DNA of 63,954 nt, the filler included, from Octopus bimaculoides (taxonomy: Eukaryota), in NCBI RefSeq assembly GCF_001194135.2. It is 6 parts of 6 records of this genome, joined end to end, with 100 filler letters (N's around TTAATTAATTAA, not from the genome) between each part and the next. Parts side by side here need not be neighbours in the genome. Positions count along the whole stretch, not along the records: positions 27,115 to 35,447 come from NC_068990.1; positions 35,548 to 39,532 come from NC_068992.1; 4 more parts are not named here. One strand, 5' to 3'. Positions 27,215 through 39,031 of the stretch are shown here, one piece after another. The translations under genes were made by a program, and so were the position numbers. Within the stretch, counting starts at the first letter, position 1, and every line of letters begins with the position of its first letter. The notes beneath the pieces were generated by a model. That model had not been told where the DNA came from. It ran no database searches and saw only the letters and a program-made list of their open reading frames with translations.

Positions 27215-27826
27215 GTTTAAAAGATTCCGCGAGATGTTCTCGTTAGAACATAGCACCGTATCAACCTAGATCGAATGTAAGGGCCGTACGATTCGTGGAC
27301 GCTTTTAAGAGAGCTTTCAAAGAAAGTTAATAAGGAAGCCACGGACAAGTTCGCGATCTGACAATTCTTAAGGGTATACAGGGTAACTCCGAACCTAAAT
27401 GCGCCAGAAGGAAGTTCACCAGCAGAAGTGACGTTTGCCAGAAAGGTAAAGTCAGTATTCGACAAACTGTTACCAGTGAAGGAAAAAATACGTGCTTGTA
27501 AAGACATGTTAAAATTCTTTAGAATCGATAAGGTATATATAACAATGTACAAAAACGGCAAGCAATACTGGGAAGGAGAAATTGTAACATACAAAGAAAG
27601 AATGATGTATGGCGTAAGAAACAGAAGTGGAATGAAAAGGAGACATAGAACTCAGCTTAAGGAAAGAGTCATAGAAAAGGAACCAACAAGAGTAGAAATA
27701 CCGATGGGTTGGCTATATGACACTCTTCGGGTTCCAAAACCGTTACAAGAGGTCGAAACCACACGCACAAGGAATAGGAAGATCAATGAATTCCGAAAAG
27801 TAGACCCTAAGAAGGAAAGATATTGA
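27215..27826 (+). mobile_element. Gypsy/Ty3 LTR retrotransposon integrase C-terminal fragment
   Basis: Frameshifted PYHPRSN...RFVDAFKRA, FLRVYRVTPN...GSSPAEV.FARKVKSVFDKLLP and ...RHRTQLKER. Confidence 0.85.
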
Positions 27827-27850
27827 GTATAAAAAATGGAGGAGGTGGGG

Positions 27851-28077
27851 TGAATAAAAGAAATTGATTGTTAAATCAGCCATTATAAATAGACTTGTAG
27901 CTGGTCGTCTAGACAGAGTCGAGGGTCGAAGGGTTGAGAGACGACAGTTTTAGTCGGTGTCTCATGGAGCTATCAGTGATAGTAAGACAGAAGGAATTAG
28001 TATATTTACTATTCCGGGACGAAGGGATACAACGATATCCGTTGACAAGTAACTATTATGGCTACTAGCGTAAAACA
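27851..28077 (+). mobile_element. Probable 3' LTR of the Gypsy element
   Basis: Follows a purine-rich tract (aaaaaatggaggaggtgggg), starts with TG and plausibly ends ...taaaaCA. The right boundary is approximate. Confidence 0.55.
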
Positions 28078-28191
28078 GCAATTACAATACAACAGCAGTC
28101 GCACATCAGACCAGTGTGAGTAACCCACTTTACAACAATGTATGTACAGAGGGAGAGAGAGAAAGAGAGACACAGGGATAGATAGATAGAT

Positions 28192-28246
<55 letters not shown>

Positions 28247-28694
28247 AGTGTATATATATATATACGAATTTATGTACAAATATAAAAATTTATTTCTTTC
28301 TACCTTCGTCTGTCTCCCCATACACACGCTCACATACACAGTCTCACACACACACACGCGCAGACACGCCCATATATACATACATATCGATGATGGCCTA
28401 GCTGATCGAAAGTTTGAAGCCATTGTTAATAGTATTGTTAATTGCACTCTACCAAATATAGTCCTTCAATTTAGAATAAGACTGTTCTTATAATAACGTA
28501 AATACAAACATTAATGTATATATATATACATGTATGTATGTGTGTTTATACATATATATGTATGTGTGTGTGTATACACATATATGTACAGATGTGTATA
28601 AACACATATATAAACTCAACTCAGATATGCATGCATATATACATGCATACATATGTGTGTACATAAAAGGTGAGAAGAAAAGAGACGGGCAGAG

Positions 28695-28833
28695 GGAGAG
28701 AGAGAAAGAAAGAAAGAAAGAAAAAAAGAAAGAAAGAAAGAAAGAAAAGAAAGAAAGAAAGAAAGAAAGGAAAGAAAGAAAGAAAAAAGAAAGAAAAGAA
28801 AGAAAGAAAAAAGAAAGAAAAAAGAACGAAAGA

Positions 28834-28889
<56 letters not shown>

Positions 28890-28910
28890 CAAAGAAACAA
28901 AGAAACAAAG
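28695..28910. repeat. (AAAG)n / (AAAGAAAC)n microsatellite
   Basis: Read directly. Other microsatellites include (GATA)n at 28175-28245 and 35780-35835, (CTT)n-(ATT)n at 33260-33380, and many (CA)n, (TA)n and (TATG)n tracts. Confidence 0.95.
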
Positions 28911-30000
28911 AACTCGATTGATTGATAAATACGAAAAGATTTTCTTTTCCTTTCAATTGCAATCTTTGAATGATTGAATGTCAATAGTTTTATTTAGAAG
29001 TTATTACTTCAGATGACCATTTTATTTAACAAGTTAGGCATATGTAATTTACACTTCAGACTTTAAGTATATTTATTATATTTCCTGATTCTTCTTGCTT
29101 AAAGAAAAACAAAAGAACGAAGAGATTTCCAATAGAGAAAATGTCAAACGCCCTTGACAAATCCACGGATTATTTTGGGGCGAAGAATAAGAAGAAAAAA
29201 ATCTACTTCGATCGCGAAAGAAATACTTTTATATTATGGAAACGTAACGATGCATATGTCTAAATGACATACAGAATATTGTCAATAGCGGCAGGTGCAA
29301 ACGTGAAATGAAACTCTTCAAACAATTCCATTTCCAATTCTGTGAGTAGGTTTAAACTAGACAACTCTTCAACAACCCTGTATCGATGCTGGGGTTCTAG
29401 ATTTCACATTGACAGGATAGCAAATTGAAGCCAACTGTTACGAATAACAGGACGCAGGCTACGTGACATTATCTAGTTTTCTATCGCTCGAAAATTGATG
29501 CAGGCTTTCAAAATAAAGCCAACACAAAGCACATTTATACATTAAATATATGCATACCATCTCCACCTTCGCCATGTTTTCCTGCAGTAAATTATCATTC
29601 GGAAATACAGTTTGCCATGAGAAGGTTGATAGGTCGATACAATCCATATTATGTCCCGTGACTTGGACGTAATTGTTAACTCGCAACGACCCGATCGAAT
29701 TGATTTGCAAAGTCGTGCTTTAGGCAAGTACTAGAAATATATCTATTCTTTTCTTTTATTCTTTTACTTCTTTCAGTCATTTGACTGCGGCCATGCTGGA
29801 GCACCGCCTTTAGCCAAACAAATCGACCCCAGGACGTATTCTTTGTACGCCTAGTACTAAACAGACCAACATCGGCTATCAAGTGATGGTGGGTGGCAAA
29901 CACAGACACACAAACATATACATGTATATATATATATATATATNNNNNNNNNNNNNNNNNNNNNNNNNNNNNNNNNNNNNNNNNNNNNNNNNNNNNNNNN

Positions 30001-30036
<36 letters not shown>

Positions 30037-31170
30037 TGTCTGTCTGTGTGTGTGTGTGTGTGTGTATACGACGGAGTCTTTCAGTTTCCGTCTAGCAAAT
30101 CCACTCACAAGGCTTTGGTCAATGCGAGGCTACAGTAGAAGACACTTGTCCAAGGTGCCACGTAGTGGGACTGAACACGGAACCATGTGGCTGGGAAGCA
30201 AGCTTCTTACCACTGGATATTTTTTACAAATAAAAGACGTTATGGTATTGTTTTCTTCTTCTCTTTTTATGAACACAATAAACCAAATGTTAACTACTAT
30301 AAACTATAATGTCGTATCTTTGAAATACTTATTGATTATTGGATGGAGGGCAGTTCACAGCTAAATCTCTCTCAATCTCCAAACGTTCTCTGTAGAATGG
30401 TTAAATTCATGATATAAATCTATTCTTGGTATATTGTACCAGAAAATGAGTTTAGCACGTCACAGCTAGAACGCCGTTTTGCCAGGTCACCATTAGTTGG
30501 GTTTGCACCAATCCAACTTCTACATCTTATCACACTTCCAAGCACTATCAGTAAAAGTGACGTCAATATATTCGACGCATCCAAGTATAAATAAGCAGTA
30601 CAGATTACAGAAGAGGTGACGTAATTGCATAACCCCTAAACTCCATTTATACCCTTAAAATTCCAAGTCATTCTACCCATATACCCCACGAACTTTACTA
30701 TCTTGATATGTTAGACTTTGGGATGGAAGGTAAAAATATATTTGAAATATTATTTCCTCCGCTATCACTCATTATTAATGCAATATTAATAAGCTAGTTA
30801 GAATATAGTCTTTATATATGATCCTTGAATGTGTTCTATAACCTGCATACCTACAGCACGTAATCCTTAAGTTTCCAATTAAGAATTTTCTTATAACAGT
30901 ACATGTCAGCAGTGGATATTTTTGAGAGGAGGGAGGACATGACTATCATTGTATCAATTTTCAACGTAGTGTAATTAAATTGAATATGGCGAGAGGTTAA
31001 CTCTATCTACACGCAACAACACAATTAGCAATACCATAGTGCATGATACTCAGTCATCTTTCATTCTGACAGATGTTTGTAGTTTATTGTGTCATTCATC
31101 AGGAAATGATATTCAGCTTTTAGTAGGATCAAATACGATCCCATTCCTAAACATCTCATAATTTGTAACA

Positions 31171-31392
31171 TATAAGGGAGTGTTGAAAAGTTCCTGACTT
31201 TAAGGGTATCGTGAAAGGCCTGGCTGGAGGCTCAAACTTCTGAGTTCTTTTACAGGGCTTAGAAAAACCTGAAGGACCGCTGCAATACGTGTGTGAATAT
31301 GAGAAGGGAATATGTTAAATAAAATCATGATTAAATGACCCTGCTATATTTAGTCTTCTTCAAAGCCAGGAAGTTTTCAGCACCCCCTCATA
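31171..31392. mobile_element. mariner-type MITE
   Basis: Imperfect TIRs (gggagtgttgaaaagttcctgacttt / aaagccaggaagttttcagcaccccc) with TA ends. Confidence 0.7.
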
Positions 31393-33332
31393 GAGGTTCA
31401 TGAAAGATAAACATGAGTATTTCATCAGTAAATCAAGGCAGCTAATGTTTGAGTGATTCTTATTCAATGGGTCTGAGATGTAGAAAAGTTATACAGCGAC
31501 GATTCTGCATGCATCTGAACGTCATGTGTGGCTGAAACTGCAGAGGCAATCAATGATCAATGGACAGGCTAACAATAGCCATCAAAAGAGATATCAAACA
31601 AGCTGGTCAACGTGTATAACAATAGAATTAATCAGATTTCCTTTCTCACATTGTTAAGGATTTTTGATGCGAAGACATGTTGAACGCAAGATTAAAGTTA
31701 AGCTATAAGGTTAATTGGGGACTAAAAGGAGGTGATTACCATTAAGGTAATACCTATTTTTACGATCATTATTATAGAATACTTGCTTTCATCTACGACT
31801 CAAGCATATAATGAAGTTATTCGAATTTGTATAGCTTAAAAGAAATGCAATCAGCCGTATTATATATACACAGTGTACATCTGTGATATATGATGCGATG
31901 CTCCCTGTTCTATGAAAATTATTGTAATAACTGCTTCAGATTTTAAAATAATCGTCAGTAAAGTCAACGTGTTCGGTACAAAAATTCTGATTTAAGGTGC
32001 ATTTACGGTGTAAGGCAAATTAAATGGATATTAATATGGTTGGAAACAATGCTCAATGAAAATCTCTCATCTGCAGCTCAAAAGAGTTTGTCAAGTATCA
32101 ATAATAATAGCTGTTCTGTTGAGAGAAAAGGTGATATATTTAAAGAATCGAAAGAAATATATATTTGTCAAGGGCATTTAGAGCGTAGGGGTTTTCTATC
32201 ATCTTTCATTTGATAATCGATACCAAGTTATGGTAAAATGAATTCAGTGAATTTACCGTGAAGTTCACATTCTCAAGGAAAGGAGCAACGTTCTATATTC
32301 GAATTTAGTATCATGTCACCGATAGTTTTAAATGAATGTCTTCTTTCCATCTCTTCACTTCATCTTGGTTCATTAAACCCTTTCCTATATTTTAACCCTC
32401 CTCTCACCCCATTTTTCCCGTCACTTCACTTTCATCTAAGCCCGCTTCTCATCGTCATCTATTTCTCATACTTTCCTTGTTTCTTTCTCCTACCACATCC
32501 TGTTCACAAATGAATATCCCGTGGTCCTGCATCCCTTATCTGTTGCAGCCATTTTTCTAAATTTAGGTGGTATAAAACTCTTCTAAGTCTTATGCATTAC
32601 TTTCCTGTCAATTTCTCCTGAAGAATGTCCCTGTCCGAAACTTTGGATTTTCCACATCCACAGTAATTTCACCATACTCTTTTTACCCATTTTACAAAAA
32701 TATTCGAGTCTTGCCGACGCAGACAGCACCCGTTTCTTCGGAGTCTGTTCAGACAAATAGGGATGTTTTACACTAAAATTTTTTTATCATCGGTAATATG
32801 GCCATCGCAATCACGTATCTAAATGTGATAACTTAATGAATAAATATCGATTAATGCACAAATTCATCACATTTTGCAATGCATTCGTTACCCAGTTACC
32901 ATGTAACTAAGACAAAATTCGATGACACAAAATTTCATCACAAATGTAAAGTTATTGTTCAAACGTACGTGTTTCCTGTTTATTCAGCTACTCTTAGATA
33001 TTATTCTATATTCTCACGTGTAATTCTTTGGTGACATAAGTTTTGTATTATCGATCTGTTAGTTTTCTAGTTCTTTAAACAGACATTTTTCTTCAAATAA
33101 ACATTTTTATTGAATAAATTTGGATTCTAATTTCTTTTTTAATCAAAGCAGAATGAAAACGGATTAGTTGTTGGAGCCAATACCATGGATGCAGACAGGT
33201 TTTGCTGATCAATTTACCAAAAATGTAATTATTTTGGTAATTTTACCAAGTTTTCTTTCTTTCTTCTTCTTCTTCTTCTTCTTCTTCTTCTTCTTCTTCT
33301 TCTTCTTCTTCTTCTTCTTCTTTCTATTATTA

Positions 33333-33367
<35 letters not shown>

Positions 33368-33559
33368 TTATTGTTGTTGTTGNNNNNNNNNNCGGCATTT
33401 CTTCCGTCTTTACGCGTTATCAACCCTCTCATCATTTTGGGGTCGATAAAAATAAGTACTAGTTGAGCACTGAGATCGGTGTAATCGACTTACATCTCCC
33501 AAAAATTTCAGGCCCTGTGTCTAAAATAGAAAAAATTCTTCTTCTTCTCATTATTATAT

Positions 33560-33594
<35 letters not shown>

Positions 33595-33595
<1 letters not shown>

Positions 33596-34548
33596 GACAA
33601 GACAAAGAGCGCGATGCAATTGCAATAGATATTTTATTGGTTGAACGATATTTCGACAGCAAGCCTACCTTTGTCGGGTTCAAAATAAAAAGTGATAAAA
33701 ATTCAAAATTATAGAAATTCAAATCTAAAGTATGAACGAGATCTACCAGCGTCCATACGTTCATGGAATGACATCATCAATCTTTAAGTTTCAATTTTAT
33801 AACTGGCTAAAAGAAAAAGACAGAAAAAGAGAGAGAAAAAAGTAAAGAAAAAGAGAAAGGAAAAAGAATAATATTTAATCAAACAGTTTTGTATAAATTT
33901 GATGATATTCTCCTGTCATTTTATTCATTCCTCCAAGGCGTGATGTTAATAACCCGCAGACATATTTCTCCTCGTGCATTTGAGTATGGAAAGTGAAGCA
34001 GATTCAGAATATTTTCTGAGAATATGCACTTTCAAGTCTTTTTCAAAATTGCAGCCGTTTGAAGCTAAATGACGTCAGGCACACTAACAGTAGTAGTTCG
34101 ACAGAACTTGCCGAACATTTTGCTTCAAGCGGCTGCAATTTTGAAAAAGATTTGAAGGTGCATATTCTCAGAAAATATTCTGAATCTGCTTCACTTTCCA
34201 TACTCAAATGCATGAGGAGAAATATGTTTGCGGGTTATTAACATCACACCTTGGAGGAATGAATAAAAATACTAATCAAATATTCTTCTTCATATTCCTT
34301 TTCCTTTTTCTTTACTTTTTTCTCTCTTTATTCTTCTGTCTTTTTATTTTCACCAGTTATAAAATTGAAGCTCAAAGACTAATGAAGTCATTCCATTAAC
34401 ACGTGGACGCTGGTTGCTCCCGTTCATGCTATAATTTCGAATTTTTATCACTTTTTATTTTGAACTCGACAAAGAAAAGTTTGCTGTCGAAATATCATTC
34501 AACGAATAAAATATCTGTTGCAATCGCATCGCGCTCTTTGTCCTGGCT
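33595..34548. mobile_element. 5'-truncated PLE 3' end with inverted duplication (fold-back)
   Basis: Arms 33595-34071 and 34116-34548 are reverse complements with a few indels. The plus strand encodes a GIY-YIG-type C-terminus (STELAEHF..GC..DLKVHIL / HEEKYVCGLLTSHLGGMNK). Confidence 0.8.
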
Positions 34549-35080
34549 GTTTACTTTTGTGAAGAATTACGGCAATCCCTTAAAAATATTATTGTTGTTG
34601 TTGTTGTTGTTATCATCATTGTTATTATTGTTGTTGTTATTATTATTATTGACTGAGAAAGCAATGCAAGCCTTCAAAATGACACTGGAGTGCAAATATA
34701 CGAAGTTCAATATACCCATCATGACTATCCATCTGAAAAGGGTACATTAGACACAAACATCACAAACATATATGCGTGACATGGTGATTTCATATCAAAA
34801 TAAACAGAGCATGACCTGCAGGTGGGACCCAGCTAGAATTTTTTTCAGATTGAGTAGCCCATCTCGCTAAAACGTTGTTTAAGGACGATGAATGAAACAC
34901 CCATGATTCCAGAAATGAATGATTCAAACCCCAAAGAGTTCCTCTCAACACATAGCTATCCCCACTATCCCCGTTCGTGATCAGGAACGGAGATAGGAAT
35001 TGTTTCTGTTTTTAAACACCATACATACTTTTCTTATTTTATGCATTTTTAAATCTAACATACGTTTTTTGAAGTTACCA

Positions 35081-35185
35081 AACCAGAAGAGTATCCTCAT
35101 ATTGGGTGGTATCTATCTTGTTCTATTCATTATAGATTGATCAGATATTTCCCACTGTTATGTGGCCATGAAACGACGCGTAGTC
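35081..35185 (+). ncRNA. Degenerate, probably inactive hammerhead ribozyme related to the 61.9 kb copy
   Basis: The 3' half GGCCAT-GAAA-CGACGCG-TA-GTC parallels 61841-61863. The core is mutated to CAGAAGA and the 5' arm of stem II is decayed. Confidence 0.5.
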
Positions 35186-35779
35186 TTTCTCCCACTTTCT
35201 TTTCTTAAACGTAACCGATTTTAATTCTTAGTCCAATATTTCATAGATTTTATGTATTATAGATTCTCCCTTGGATTTTTTAGATTTTTAAACTAGTTTT
35301 GTGTAGTACACTTTTCTTGGTGGTGTCTGACCTCCTTCTTCGTGCGAGTTGCACCATGGTGTTTTTCTCTAAATTATTAATATATTTTTCATTATATAAT
35401 TCAATTTCATATTATCAAATTGTATATCCTTGTAAGTTCAGAGTTTGNNNNNNNNNNNNNNNNNNNNNNNNNNNNNNNNNNNNNNNNNNNNTTAATTAAT
35501 TAANNNNNNNNNNNNNNNNNNNNNNNNNNNNNNNNNNNNNNNNNNNNACTCACTGCTGTGAACTGAAGCGTGGAATAATATTTAATAATATTTATAATTA
35601 CATTATTTATTATTAAATTATATATAAATAATCATACATTGCTATTGTTGTTAAGAACATTAATTTTTTTCTTGTTAATAATATATAAATAAAGTGATTC
35701 ATCTCAGATTTGTTTGTTGTGGGGTTTTTTATATCATATGTGTGTGTGCATTATGTAAGTATATCTTTTTGTCTAATAT

Positions 35780-35836
<57 letters not shown>

Positions 35837-35880
35837 CAGACATACATATATACATACTTATATACATGCGTACACATCCA

Positions 35881-35916
<36 letters not shown>

Positions 35917-35939
35917 ACATAAAAACTTAGATATGTTGT

Positions 35940-36240
35940 ATAGCCGGCTGGAGACGATGTCTCCTGGGGCTAAACTACAGCAACATTCGTCCTAAACCAG
36001 GACTGCCATGTTATGTTGGCAAACAATCTTTACTCCTAAGGGAGTCTTGCTTTTTATGTGTGTGATTTGTGAGAGGAAATGCTTGAGTCGTGCATTTCCT
36101 TATACTTTCCTTATACTTATAAAGACACAGATCGTGTCGTATAGCCAGCTGGAGACGATGTCTCCTGGGGCTAAATTACAGCAACATTTATCCTAAATCA
36201 GGACTGCCATGCTATGTTGGCAAACAATCTTTACTCCAAA
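35940..36240 (+). repeat. Local duplication of ~98 bp at 200-bp spacing
   Basis: tagcc(g/a)gctggagacgatgtctcctggggctaaa...caaacaatctttactcc occurs twice. Confidence 0.85.
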
Positions 36241-36587
36241 GTACTGTTGCTGAATATCTCTTCTTGTGAGATTTAAAAATAGTAATTTTCTAACACTCCC
36301 TAATTTTCCACAGGTTCATTCTTTCTACATACATACATACATACATATATACATACATACATACATACATACATACATACATACATACATACATGACCAT
36401 CTTCAATCCAGTGACAAAACCAGGTAAAGACTGAGGATTGAGATGGATCAGTGGATGTTCAAGCTGTCTAACTTGTATCATCTGGTTTTCTNNNNNNNNN
36501 NACGACGCTTTACTGCAGCCGCCTTCTGCTCCGTTGAGCACTAAAGGTTTCTTCCGCAGAGTTCGCCGGATCCAGTCTTCACACGCA

Positions 36588-37452
36588 TATAAGGTTTCCG
36601 GCTAAATTTGACCACATTTTATGTCTTCTTTTTTCAGGAACAGCTTGATGTTTTGGTGAAGAGTCAATGGCGTTGGAGAGCATAGAGGTTATTTTTGTAG
36701 CTGAGAAAAAGTGAGCTGATATAGTGGACTGGATGGCCTCTGAATATTGGGAAGGAGTTACTTGTGTACCGACCTGCCGACATCATTACTGGTGCTCAAT
36801 GCTCAGTGAAAAATGTAAAAGCTGTAAGACGTGACATGGGCATCATAAAACTCAAGTTCTCCCAAATTATGACGGTCTTTCAGTGTGTCTCCAATAAGGG
36901 TGACGTCATGCTGTCTGACCTCATTGAAATGGGTCTTAGGTTCAATTCAGACGATTATATTAGAGACTATGATCAAACTCTAGTTGAGGTGGGTTACTAC
37001 TGGAAAGCTATATGTGTGTGGCAACAGGATTCGGCACCTCGCCATACCTCCGGAAAGAGTCAGAAGTGGTCAGTGGAGAATTTTTAGGACTTCACCAGCA
37101 CCAATCTCTGGTCTCTTAATAACCCTGATTTCAATCCTATAGATTACAATGCGAGGAGTGCGGTTGAGAAAGACCCCAGCCGATCTACCTGCAGCACTAA
37201 GGCCGAGCTGGTGGCCAAGATCAAGGACGTGTTCGAATTTCTTTCCAAGAACACAATGAAGAATGCATGCACTAGGTTCCGGATCCGTCTTGAGGCCGTT
37301 GTTGAATCTGGAGTCAGCCACTTTGAGTAAACAGTTATCTCATAACCATAATTTAGCTGATGTCCTTTTTTTTAAGACACCTTATATTTTTTGAAGAGAT
37401 ATTGTATTTTCTTTTTTAAGCAAACTGTCAAATTTAACACGAACACCCTGTA
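36588..37452 (+). mobile_element. maT (DD37D) Tc1/mariner-superfamily transposon, internally deleted
   Basis: WQQDSAP to NPIDY spacing is 37 residues. Decayed TIRs (aaggtttccggctaaatttgac / gtcaaatttaacacgaacaccctg) with TA ends. Confidence 0.8.
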
Positions 37453-38974
37453 GGCAGGTAAGTCCTAATATGCTAATTAACCTATACCTGGGATCTTGAC
37501 AGGAGTTATTACTTCGAGTCAGAGTAGACCTGGGAACAACGGTGGTTAAGACGCTGTTCCGCACTTCTCAAAAGCCTGGAAATCCCGAACCAGAGTCGTT
37601 TCAACTGTTATTATATTAGCCTCTGCTTCTCTGAGCCGACAGTTTCGTACCTTCTCCACTTGTCACTCTTGGTGCTCCACCTTCTCCTTACCCCAGATCT
37701 TGCGCTCATCTCTACGACCAGTCATTTCCTCTCAGATCATCGATTCTCTACAGCTTTCTGTTTTTTGTTTTGTTTTTTTTTCTCATGCCTGTCCTGCAGG
37801 GGTTGACTTCAAACCGTTTAAACGGATAGATAATGATATCAATCTCACCGGTCGTGCACGGCGTACAAAGACTATTGGCTCTGCCATTTCAAGCAGATCA
37901 AGCAATTAAAAGCAAACAAACAAAAAAGCTCTGAAGAAAGATGTTTTCTTAAACATTTTCTATGAGAATAAAAAGCATTCTTGATACAAGAAAAAAAAAA
38001 GACATTTAATTGAAAATAAGAGAATACTTATAGCCTGAAAAAAAAATATAAAACAAGAGCAACAAGAATAAAAACAGCAGCAAAAACAACAACAATAATG
38101 ACAACAACAATAACGGCAGCAGCCTCAAGCTAACACATTTGTATGTACAATGGCAAACAGGTGTATATGCGTGCATACTTATACATATATGTGCGTGTCT
38201 ATATATACTTACGTGTGTGTCTGTGTATGTGTACACACACACACATATATACATATATACATANNNNNNNNNNGTGCGTGTCTATATATACTTACGTGTG
38301 TGTCTGTGTATGTGTACACACACACACATATATACATATATACATATATACACATATATGTATATATCTTATATATATATATATATATGCATATATATAT
38401 ACATACATACACACACACACACACATACATATATATTTATATATATATCGCCGATTTATCGCAGAGCAGAGAAATAATCAGAGTTTTCCTTAGTAAGCGA
38501 CAAGTTCAGTCCTATGACAAAAGATGTCACTGCAGATAAGCAGTTTGATAATACAGAAGAAAAATATTTTGAGTGAGAAAACGGTCGTCTGGTGGCTGCC
38601 TTTGTAGAATAGTTGTTGGCTTGATATCGCCATCGTATTATTGTAATCAATTGCTAAAGCCGTATCAAACGGCCATGTTGTCGTCTGCTGCAGTCGATAT
38701 TTTATCAATGCCCAAAGTAAACAAAGTGTCCACTGTCAATTTCTTAAGGAAGCAGAAACCAATAATTGAGTTTGTATTGCTCAGCACTACAACGAAACGG
38801 AACTTTTATAGACAATTTACTCTCAACTTTTTTTCATTCTTCATTTAATCACAACTTCTGTCTTTCTCTTTTTCTCTTTCATACATACATACATACATAT
38901 GTATACATATATATGTATATGCATATATGAATGTATGTATGTCTGTATTTATGTCTATCTATCTATTTGTGTAT

Positions 38975-39031
<57 letters not shown>

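Noticed and set aside
29270-29585. Mini-exon MAKVEM and a nearby open segment (ELEMELFEEFHFTFAPAAIDNIL)
   Set aside because: Short, with no consistent phase-linked model and no recognisable homology.
33720-33790. Hammerhead in the arms of the 33.6-34.5 kb fold-back
   Set aside because: The core is decayed in both arms (TTGATGA / CTAATGA) with no intact GAAA junction.
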